Below, in pieces: positions 39,726-48,048 of a stretch of DNA of 64,000 nt (its first letter is position 1; every line of letters starts with the position of its first letter). The stretch is taken from NCBI GenBank assembly GCA_964388715.1, contig CAYMBN010000003.1:62001-126000 (forward strand). The letters are read 5' to 3'. Origin of the DNA: an uncultured Methanosarcinales archaeon. GTDB taxonomy: Archaea > Nanobdellota > Nanobdellia > Woesearchaeales > CAYMBN01. The notes under the pieces were generated by a model. It was not told the origin of the DNA. It saw nothing but the letters and a program-made list of their open reading frames with translations, and made no database searches. A program made the translations under genes and the position numbers.

Positions 39726-40523
39726 TTATCCAATATAATCCATGTCTGTTCTGAACCGTTTACGCATCTTTTTCATTGCTGTTTGTCTTGAAACTTTTGT
39801 AAGTTCGTCACTTTTCTTAAGCATGTCAGATTCTAAGTCACGGATTTCTTGTTCAAGTCTGTCTAAGTTAAGTTTTAATGATAATTTATTATCAAGTATT
39901 TGTAGAATCTCTTTTGCACCTTTAATACCTAGGAACATTGGATGACCAAATGTTTCTGCGAGTAATGCAATTGCAGGAATGTCACGTTTACCAGCCATGC
40001 CAAGCAATAATCCGCTTACTCCAATGATCGGGCCAACAACACCATAAAGTTTGTTGTTTATCTTAGTGCCTTTTTTGAATCTTTTGATTATGTTTGGTTC
40101 ATTACCTGTACAATATATTTTAGGGTTTTTTGGGATTGATTGTAAACCAATACCACCTAAGGTTATGACTTCTTTACCATTGAAAGTTTGGAGTAAGTCA
40201 AGCATTTTATCTGAAAATTCATATGAACTTGTTTCATCAATTGGTTGAACATCTCCTGCTAATAATAAGAGATCTCTTCTTTTATCTCCAAATTTTTTAT
40301 AGTATAATTCAATGCTTGGTAGCTCGACGAGGTTTTTCTCGTTTACAAAGACTGAGTGTGGGAATGTATATGAGAAAATGTCACAGTATTTCTTTGCTTT
40401 TAATTCTTCAATCATAAAGTCTACAGTGATTTTACCAACATTACCAATACCTGGAAGACCTTCAATTAGAATAGGTTTGTTTAGTTTTGGTCTTTTACAT
40501 ACTTCATTTATTTTCCATGACAT
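39726..40523 (-). CDS. PAC2-family proteasome assembly chaperone
   Basis: LIEGLPGIGNVGK, GDVQP and ITLGG motifs. Confidence 0.85.
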   Translation of the reverse strand: MSWKINEVCKRPKLNKPILIEGLPGIGNVGKITVDFMIEELKAKKYCDIFSYTFPHSVFVNEKNLVELPSIELYYKKFGDKRRDLLLLAGDVQPIDETSSYEFSDKMLDLLQTFNGKEVITLGGIGLQSIPKNPKIYCTGNEPNIIKRFKKGTKINNKLYGVVGPIIGVSGLLLGMAGKRDIPAIALLAETFGHPMFLGIKGAKEILQILDNKLSLKLNLDRLEQEIRDLESDMLKKSDELTKVSRQTAMKKMRKRFRTDMDYIG

Positions 40524-40566
40524 CTTGGTTTGTGAATGGGTTTAGTGTTTATAAACCTTTTGGGTA

Positions 40567-41754
40567 TTACATTACTCTTCCAAAGAATATATTATGTTTA
40601 CTTCCGGTGATCTTTAGTTTGACTTTCTTGCCGATCTTAGCGTCGCAGTCAAATACTGATATACATCTTCCTTTTGCTGCTGCTAGTTTCTCATTCTTGT
40701 ATCTGCCTGGAGAGACTATTACTGCTTCTAAGAAATCACCTTTGTTAAATGGTTTCTTAAGTTTTTTTGTGTCTTTAACATGAAAGTCTTCTGGTGTTTT
40801 AATGAGTTGGATTTTATGTTTTTCTTGCAATTGTTTGAGTTTTTTATAGAATTCATCCCATTCCATTTGTTTGACAGGGTTTCTACCTTTTTTGTATGAA
40901 AGAAATTTTTGAATGCCAATGTCTGCTTTAATTTTTTTTGCAAAAAGAACTAATTTTTCAATCTCAGAGTCATTATAAGTAGGAAGCCATATTGGTGCAA
41001 TAATAACTTTACATTTTTTTGCAGTATATTCAATGATTTCTTTAACATGTTTAACATCATATTTAGCAGTTCCTGCCATTTTTTTTGTGATTTTATCATC
41101 AAAACCATGAATTGTGAAATTAAAACATGTCATTCCTGCTTTAATTAACTCATCAATCTTTTTCTTTGTAAGAAGGGTTGTGTTTGTGTCAGTTGAAATA
41201 CGTTTAATTTCTTTAATCTTGCTAAGATCTTTAACAAGTTGAACATAATCTTCATACAAGAATGGTTCACCGTGTGTGTTTATGTGTATTTCAATGTCAT
41301 CACATTCTTTGTATTTGATAAGTTTTTTTATTTCAGAAACAAGATATTCTTCCTCGACGACAAAATCAGTTTTTTTCTTGCTGGTAAGACCTTCATCAAC
41401 AGAACAAAATATACAATTTAAGTTACAACCTGTTATGGTTTTAATTTCAAGAATGTTTGTATTTCTGTCAACAATACCTAAATAATGTGTACCTATTAAA
41501 GGAATACCTGAGTTTTTATGTACATAGACAGCATGATTACCATTAAGACTATTTTTTAAATTACTAATATTCTTAGTTAGTAATTGATTGAACTTGTTTG
41601 TTGCTTTTTTCTCACTTAAACCTGGAAAATCAATTGTATTTTCCTTTACTTTTGCATTTGTATCTATATCAAAATAAAAGATTCCAAGTAACCAAACTCT
41701 TATTCCATTATCTGTTTTCTCAAATTTAAGGTTTTCAAATGTTAATTTTGCCAT
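40567..41754 (-). CDS. Radical SAM protein with C-terminal TRAM-like domain
   Basis: GIVDRNTNILE...GCNLNCIFCSVD and GEP motifs. Confidence 0.85.
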   Translation of the reverse strand: MAKLTFENLKFEKTDNGIRVWLLGIFYFDIDTNAKVKENTIDFPGLSEKKATNKFNQLLTKNISNLKNSLNGNHAVYVHKNSGIPLIGTHYLGIVDRNTNILEIKTITGCNLNCIFCSVDEGLTSKKKTDFVVEEEYLVSEIKKLIKYKECDDIEIHINTHGEPFLYEDYVQLVKDLSKIKEIKRISTDTNTTLLTKKKIDELIKAGMTCFNFTIHGFDDKITKKMAGTAKYDVKHVKEIIEYTAKKCKVIIAPIWLPTYNDSEIEKLVLFAKKIKADIGIQKFLSYKKGRNPVKQMEWDEFYKKLKQLQEKHKIQLIKTPEDFHVKDTKKLKKPFNKGDFLEAVIVSPGRYKNEKLAAAKGRCISVFDCDAKIGKKVKLKITGSKHNIFFGRVM

Positions 41755-41839
41755 CTTAGTAGGGTGAAAGTGTGAGTTTATTTATATATCTTTTTAAGGA
41801 TACAAATGCTTATTAATGTGTTTTTATTCTAATCTTGTT

Positions 41840-42514
41840 ATGGGGGAAGAATCTAATTCAGCAGCTAGGGAAGTGAATATTACATTTGAGACACTTTTTG
41901 ATCTTTTGAGAAGGGAAAAAAATAGAGAAGAACTCCAAAAAATGGAGCCAAGTTTTTATGCTGATGTGATTAGTTATCTTAAGGAAAAAATAACTTTTTT
42001 AGAGGAGAAAAATAAACAAGGTGATTTGTTTGCTGCAAGTGATAGAGATAAAGCAAAGAGAGAATTTGATAATATTAAACGAATACTTAGAGATTTATAT
42101 GAATTAAGAGAGAAAAAGATTATTAGTATTGCTATTAACAAAAGTAGAAGTGGTTCTGATATTATTGATAATTCTGCATTGTTAGATGAAGAAAAAAAGA
42201 TGTATAGTGAATTTTTACAAATACTTAATAATTATAGAGAAGGAATCTTGTTTAATCTTACTAATGCTAAGTTGCCTGAAATCAAAGAGATTGTTAAAGA
42301 AGAGAAAAAAGTAGAAGTTGAAAAGCAAGAGGTAAAACAAGATGATAAAACAACTCGAATGGTCAGGTTTTTGCATGCAGTACCTAAGTTTTTAGGGAAA
42401 GAGCTTGAGGTTTATGGTCCTTTTGAAGAGGAAGACATAGCTAATCTTCCTGTTGAGATTGCTAATGTTCTAATTAACAAAGAAAGGGCTCTTGAGATTA
42501 AGGAAAAAGAATGA
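41840..42514 (+). CDS. DNA replication GINS protein (Gins15/51-like)
   Basis: LRREK...LQ.....FY, RE.KI and C-terminal YGPF...D...LP...A..L; conserved position before L44e. Confidence 0.8.
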   Translation: MGEESNSAAREVNITFETLFDLLRREKNREELQKMEPSFYADVISYLKEKITFLEEKNKQGDLFAASDRDKAKREFDNIKRILRDLYELREKKIISIAINKSRSGSDIIDNSALLDEEKKMYSEFLQILNNYREGILFNLTNAKLPEIKEIVKEEKKVEVEKQEVKQDDKTTRMVRFLHAVPKFLGKELEVYGPFEEEDIANLPVEIANVLINKERALEIKEKE

Positions 42515-43521
42515 AATATCGTTCAACTTATTATTCTAAGGATGGATCTATTAAATATATATTTGATGCTCGCGCAAAAGGGTTTCATAGAAAATTAGGA
42601 ACCTTAGAAGCTCAGATTGAAACTGCTTTTATTCATATTCCAAGTAGAGAAGGTGAAAAACCAGAATATATCTTATGTTTATCTTCTCAAGTTGGTTGTG
42701 TATATAGGTGCTTAATGTGTAAAAATATGTTTGAATCCTTTTATGGTTGTTTAACTCCAGATGAAATTAATGAACAAATAGAATTAACACTAGCTCAAGA
42801 TAATAATCTAGAAAAGATAAAATCTGAAGATTCGGTTGAATATGCATTTATGGCAATAGGGGAGCCACTTTATGGAGCTAATCTAATCCATGCGATCCAG
42901 AGACATAAACATGTTGTTTCTGATACTAGGTTTGCATTATCTACAGTTGGAGCTTCTGGGACAATTAGAAGATTAACTAAAGCAGAGCTACCTTATCCAG
43001 TAAGGCTTGAGCTTTCACTCCATTTTTCTAATGACAAATTAAGGAATGAGTGGATAATTCCAGATCATTTGTTTTTTAAAAAAGAGCATAAATTAAATAT
43101 TAAAAAAATGCTTGAGGAAGCTGAAGAGTATGCTCAAAAACATCCTGGGAAGGTTACATTGAACTACATGTTGATTGATGGAATAAATAATACTGACAAA
43201 AATATTTCAGAACTTGAGGAACTTTTGAAAAATAAGGATGCTTTTTATGTAAAAGTTATGTGGCCAAATATCACTTCTTCAATGGTATTTTCTTGGAAAA
43301 AAGAGTTTATACCGGGTACTAGAACTTATTCTCCAAAAGAGTTTAGAGATAGATTACTGCAAGTAGAAATTCCTGCAACACTTTTTGAAAGTAAAGGGAC
43401 AGATATATTAGCTGGTTGTGGGATGATGACAGTTAGTTTTAAGGATAAAAAAGGTGTTTTTAGCAACATAGAAATTCCAGAAGCAGATCCTCTTAAATTG
43501 GGGTTTGAGAGAAAAGAATAA
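42511..43521 (+). CDS. RlmN/Cfr-like class A radical SAM methyltransferase
   Basis: CLSSQVGCVYRCLMC, FMAIGEP, STVG, SLH, Y.LIDGIN and DILAGCG motifs. Confidence 0.8.
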   Translation: MKYRSTYYSKDGSIKYIFDARAKGFHRKLGTLEAQIETAFIHIPSREGEKPEYILCLSSQVGCVYRCLMCKNMFESFYGCLTPDEINEQIELTLAQDNNLEKIKSEDSVEYAFMAIGEPLYGANLIHAIQRHKHVVSDTRFALSTVGASGTIRRLTKAELPYPVRLELSLHFSNDKLRNEWIIPDHLFFKKEHKLNIKKMLEEAEEYAQKHPGKVTLNYMLIDGINNTDKNISELEELLKNKDAFYVKVMWPNITSSMVFSWKKEFIPGTRTYSPKEFRDRLLQVEIPATLFESKGTDILAGCGMMTVSFKDKKGVFSNIEIPEADPLKLGFERKE

Positions 43522-43634
43522 TAATCTTCTACACAATAAGCTATTTGTGCAGGGGATTGATAGTCTGTTGATTACACTTTCTCCCCTTTATATTATCGAA
43601 ACCTTTTTAAATAGATTATTATTCTTTTGTTCTA

Positions 43635-43943
43635 ATGAAACTTCCAAAATTAGTTAAGAGGCATTGTCCTTATTGTAAGAAGCATACAGAGCATAAAGTG
43701 CAGCAAAATAAGAAGAAAAATCCAGGTAGTTTAACTTATGGTAGTAAGACAAGAGCTAAAAGAAGAGGTAAAGCACGAGGTTATGGTAACAGAGGAAGAT
43801 ATTCAAAACCAGCTATATCTAAGTTTAAATTAACTGGTTCTAAAACAACAAAGAAAACTGATCTAAGATATCAATGTAAAGAATGTAAAAAAATGCATAT
43901 GCAAAAGAAAGGTTTTAGATCAAAGAGGGTGGAGTTTAAATAA
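43635..43943 (+). CDS. rpl44e: 50S ribosomal protein L44e
   Basis: HCPYCKKHTEH...KTTKK.DLRYQCKEC. Confidence 0.95.
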   Translation: MKLPKLVKRHCPYCKKHTEHKVQQNKKKNPGSLTYGSKTRAKRRGKARGYGNRGRYSKPAISKFKLTGSKTTKKTDLRYQCKECKKMHMQKKGFRSKRVEFK

Positions 43944-43951
43944 GGTGAAAA

Positions 43952-44140
43952 ATGGCTGAAGCACTTAAAGAACCAAAAAGTAAATTTGTAAAGATAAGAT
44001 GTCCTAAATGTAAGAATGAGCAGATTATGTTTGGTAAGGCTTCTTCACATGTTAAATGTCTTGTGTGTGGTAAAGAATTAGCAGATCCAACAGGTGGAAA
44101 GTCAAAAGTCAAGGCTCGTGTCTTGGAAGTTCTTAATTAA
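43952..44140 (+). CDS. rps27e: 30S ribosomal protein S27e
   Basis: SKFVKIRCPKCKNEQ...C..CG..LA.PTGGK. Confidence 0.96.
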   Translation: MAEALKEPKSKFVKIRCPKCKNEQIMFGKASSHVKCLVCGKELADPTGGKSKVKARVLEVLN

Positions 44141-44142
44141 AG

Positions 44143-44925
44143 ATGATAAAAAAACAAGGGTTTCCTGAAGAAGGAGAAATTGTACTCTGTACTGTTACTA
44201 AAGTTTATCCTAATTATGTTTTTGTTAATCTGGATGAGTTTGGTAGAAGTGGAATGATACACATTTCTGAGATTTCTCCTGGACGTATTAGAAATATACG
44301 TGATTATGTTGTTGAAGGAAAAAAAGTTATTTGTGTGGTACTTAGAATAAATAAAGAAAAAGGACATATTGATGTTTCACTAAGACGAGTTTCTGAGTCA
44401 CAAAAAAGAGCAAAGTCTGAAGGTATGAAACAAACACAAAAAATTGAAAATATTATGAAGTATGTTGGGAAAAAACTTAATAAAGATCCTAAACAAATAT
44501 TTGATGAGATAAGTGAAAAAATATTAGCTAAGTATGATGATATGAATTCATGTTTTCTTGATGTTGTTAATGATAAAGTTGAACTAGAATCTATTGGGAT
44601 TACAATAGATGTTGCTAAATTACTTACAGAGATTATTAAACAGAGAGTTAAAGCTCCTGAAATTAATATAAAAATTGCAATTACATTATCAAGTTATCAA
44701 CCAGATGGGGTTGAGATAATTAAAAAAGCTTTGACTGAAGCTGAAAAGATTGAAAAAGATCATACTAATATTAAATATGCTGGAGCAGGAAAATTTTTTC
44801 TTAATATAACTGCTCCGGATTATAAAAAAGCTGAAAAGATTTTTGAAAAGATCAAGAAACAAATTACAGTGTTTATGGAAAAGAATAAAAGTGAATGTGA
44901 GTTTGAAAGAATAGAAGCAAAATGA
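44143..44925 (+). CDS. eif2a: Translation initiation factor aIF2 alpha subunit
   Basis: S1 domain PEEGE...HISE...KGHIDVSLRRV; APDYK.AE. Confidence 0.95.
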   Translation: MIKKQGFPEEGEIVLCTVTKVYPNYVFVNLDEFGRSGMIHISEISPGRIRNIRDYVVEGKKVICVVLRINKEKGHIDVSLRRVSESQKRAKSEGMKQTQKIENIMKYVGKKLNKDPKQIFDEISEKILAKYDDMNSCFLDVVNDKVELESIGITIDVAKLLTEIIKQRVKAPEINIKIAITLSSYQPDGVEIIKKALTEAEKIEKDHTNIKYAGAGKFFLNITAPDYKKAEKIFEKIKKQITVFMEKNKSECEFERIEAK

Positions 44926-45092
44926 AGCATATTCTTAAATGTTCTAAGTGTGGTAAATATACTTTAAAGAAAATTTGTTGTGGTGTAAAAACAATAAGTC
45001 CAAAACCTGCTAAGTTTTCTCCTGAAGATAAATATGGGAGTTATCGTCGGAGAGTTAAGAAAGATAAGTTGGTTGAGGAAGGGTTGTTGTAG
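44922..45092 (+). CDS. nop10: H/ACA RNP protein Nop10 (56 aa, not in ORF track)
   Basis: KCSKCGKYTLK...PAKFSPEDKYGSYRR; canonical position after aIF2a. Confidence 0.93.
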   Translation: MKHILKCSKCGKYTLKKICCGVKTISPKPAKFSPEDKYGSYRRRVKKDKLVEEGLL

Positions 45093-45110
45093 ATCTTATT
45101 CTAGAATTTG

Positions 45111-48014
45111 TTTTTTTAAAAAAATAAAAAAAAGAAAGGAAAAAAATTTCCTTAGTTTTATTCAGCAGCAGCTTCTTCAGCAGCTGGTGCACTAATAGCG
45201 ATGTCTGCATCGCTTGTAGTAACAACTTCTAGTTCAGCGCCTTTGAAGTTATCTGTATGGCTGTCGTATTCAGCAACAACTTTGGAAGCTCTTTGTGTGT
45301 CTTTTGCACCGTAACCAGCAACAAGTAAAGCTACTTTGCCGCTTGTTTCGTCTTCCATTAACTTAATCTTAGCTTTTCCTGCTTCAAATCCAGCAGCACA
45401 ATCTTCAGGATTGCCTAGCCAAACTGCAGCAACTGGGTTAGCACATGGACCACCAACTAAGATAACGTTGCTTTCTTTTTCTTTGCCTTCTAAGTCACTA
45501 GCTAACTTTACAGCTCCAACATTGATTTTTATTAGTTCTTCACTTGTAACTGCTCCTTCTCCAGCAGATTCAGTTTGTTCAAATGCAACTGCTGTGTCAG
45601 ATATATAGAAGTTACCATAGACTTCGTCACCAGCATAGTCAATTACCAAGGTGTCTTGGTCTGGATCTGTGTCGTAGTTGATCTTTGTTGCTAAATCGGA
45701 TTTTACATAAGAAATATATTCTTTTGTTGTACCGATTTCGTAACTTGTTAAAGTTGCTGATGTTCCTGAGAACAAAGTTGCAAAGCTGTTAACTTGTACT
45801 TTGTTACTTGCGTGTCCAAGTGTTACATTAATCCACTGTCCACTTCCTAGGGAACCATCTTTGTTTTCTTCTGCCATATACAATACCCATGTAGCAGGGT
45901 CTGTACCTGTTGTGTTAATATGGCTTCTGTTTGCTGTGCTTTGTGGCATTGTTGTGTTTTCTACAGGTAGATAAATCATCATACCTTCTTCTGTAATCAC
46001 TCTATCAAAGTATGTGTTTGTTCCTGGTGTAATGTTCATTTCTGCTAGTGTTTCATTAAGGTTAGCTAATGTTAATGTTGCGCTTCCAATTGTAAATGAT
46101 CCAGCTTTTTTGTTTTCCCATTTGGTTCCTGTAACAAGGTCTTTGAATGTTGCACCATCTGTGTCATCTATTTTGGTTACTTCAACAAGATATGTTTCTC
46201 CTGTGTTTGAACCATCATAGTAGGTTACAGGTAATGCTTCATAACTTTCATTCCAAGTAACTCTTCCACCATCTAAACTTGTTAACAATCTTTCGTCGGT
46301 ATGGTCATCTCCACCTAATGTGTCGAATCCGCTTGTACCGTTGCTACCAAGTAGCTTGATTGTTGCTTCACCAGATTTAATTGGAACTGTTAGTTGTAGT
46401 TCTTCGTTTCCACTGTTTTCAACTGTTATTATTTCTGAACCTGGTCTTGTTAAACCTTCGTATGAAAGTTTAAATCCACCTAGTCCAGGGAATTCTGCAC
46501 TGGACTCTTCTGTGATGAATAAATCTTCATCAGGTGTCCATGTTAGTCTTATGTATGCCATCTCTGTGTTAGATGATCCACTTACTGTTGCGTTAATGTC
46601 GCATGTAATTGAATCAACATCTTCTCCACCAAGTTCTATTTTATCTTTGTGTTCAATGGTAACTTTTTCAGCACCAATGTAGAACTCAACTTTGTCAACT
46701 TCTCCTGCTAAGTTTTGGATTAAGATTTCCTTAACACCAATTTCGGTTCCATCTGTTAATTTGTCAGTGTTACCTTCTGTAATAGCGTCGGTTACTTCGC
46801 CATCAACAATGAACTTAGCTTCTGGAGTTGTACCACCTAGATAGGATACTTTAACTTTGTATTCTTTTTCGTTTACTGTGAAGGTTTTTTCTTCTCCTTC
46901 TTCCATTATTGTGCTTAGTGCTCCACCCATTAATTGTAGTTTATCAACGTTTGCTTTACCATTACCGCTTGCGTCTGCGTCTACGATGTCATATGTTTTA
47001 CCAAGCATTTCAATCTTGGTATTTTTGAAATATGTTACATCTGTAGCACTTGCTGTTGCGTTTGCACTAATAGCACTTTTTGTAAAATCAAGTGTATAGT
47101 TTAGCAAAGCACTGTTTCTAGCTACTCTGAAACCCATTGTAGGTTCTTTATCGTCGTAGTCAGAATCAGCAAACATATCTAATGCTCTACCTGGGTAGAA
47201 TACGATCTTTTGTTCGTATCCATAGTCATTGCTTTGTGTGTTGGTGTATGTACCGTCTGCTAATGCAGTTGGTAAGTCATCACCATCAATTGCAACAACT
47301 GACACGTTTGTTATAGCATCTCCAACATTTAATTTGTTAGATGTTTGCTCTACTTTGTGTGATTCACCGCCACTTGCTACAACAGCAGAACTTGTTGTTC
47401 CTGTTGAGACAACTGTGGATTTTTTCATTGCATATTGCAGACTCATTGCAATGTCTGTAATACCAATTACATCTTCTGCAGCTGCTTTGTCGCCAACGAC
47501 CATTAAAGCGTCAAACTTCATGTCGTCTGTAATAAATGGCGCTGGATAGTTTGCTAGGTCTGCGGCAGCTAAAGCTCCCATCATTGTAGCACCTACCATA
47601 AAAGCTCCTGCACCCAGTGCAACCACTTTTTTTATTGCTTTTTTTACATCCATTATCTAAACACCTCCGTGTTTATGTTTTGTGTGGGCTTATCTTAATT
47701 TTTTATTGCAGTTATAACCGCAATAAGATTGACCTTGATTGTGAAGGCCTCATTTTTTTTGAGTATGTGTTTCCTCTATTTTTTAGACTTGTCACTCTAG
47801 TTACTTACATTAAAAAGAAGGAAATTGTTTTATAAAAGTTTAGTAAATTAGGGTGTTTTTATTGGTAAAATAATGCTGATTTTGGTTGTAGTGGGTGAAT
47901 TTAATGGAATTAGGGCGTTATCATTTTAGAGTAGAGAAGTGTGTTTTTTGGGTGTTTTTTGACCCCTGAAAAATGGTGGTAGAAGGGCTGTAGTGTCTGG
48001 ATTTGATGGGTAGA
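45111..48014. repeat. Tandem duplication copy 1 (2904 bp; S-layer gene with promoter and terminator)
   Basis: Matches 48049-50952 at offset 2938. Confidence 0.95.
45158..47653 (-). CDS. S-layer protein, copy 1
   Basis: IKKVVALGAGA.M.GATM leader, DLANYPAPF, VVG..AAA.DV, C-terminal ILVGGPCAN...LLVAG...T.RA. Confidence 0.9.
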   Translation of the reverse strand: MDVKKAIKKVVALGAGAFMVGATMMGALAAADLANYPAPFITDDMKFDALMVVGDKAAAEDVIGITDIAMSLQYAMKKSTVVSTGTTSSAVVASGGESHKVEQTSNKLNVGDAITNVSVVAIDGDDLPTALADGTYTNTQSNDYGYEQKIVFYPGRALDMFADSDYDDKEPTMGFRVARNSALLNYTLDFTKSAISANATASATDVTYFKNTKIEMLGKTYDIVDADASGNGKANVDKLQLMGGALSTIMEEGEEKTFTVNEKEYKVKVSYLGGTTPEAKFIVDGEVTDAITEGNTDKLTDGTEIGVKEILIQNLAGEVDKVEFYIGAEKVTIEHKDKIELGGEDVDSITCDINATVSGSSNTEMAYIRLTWTPDEDLFITEESSAEFPGLGGFKLSYEGLTRPGSEIITVENSGNEELQLTVPIKSGEATIKLLGSNGTSGFDTLGGDDHTDERLLTSLDGGRVTWNESYEALPVTYYDGSNTGETYLVEVTKIDDTDGATFKDLVTGTKWENKKAGSFTIGSATLTLANLNETLAEMNITPGTNTYFDRVITEEGMMIYLPVENTTMPQSTANRSHINTTGTDPATWVLYMAEENKDGSLGSGQWINVTLGHASNKVQVNSFATLFSGTSATLTSYEIGTTKEYISYVKSDLATKINYDTDPDQDTLVIDYAGDEVYGNFYISDTAVAFEQTESAGEGAVTSEELIKINVGAVKLASDLEGKEKESNVILVGGPCANPVAAVWLGNPEDCAAGFEAGKAKIKLMEDETSGKVALLVAGYGAKDTQRASKVVAEYDSHTDNFKGAELEVVTTSDADIAISAPAAEEAAAE

Positions 48015-48048
48015 AATCATATTAGTGTGTGATATTATAAGATAATGT

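Noticed and set aside
39726..40523. PAC2 displaced from its common position after nop10
   Set aside because: Real but only a local rearrangement with no further signal
47617..47835. 72-aa plus-strand ORF (and its copy at 50555-50773)
   Set aside because: Antisense to the S-layer leader and promoter; repeated only because of the duplication
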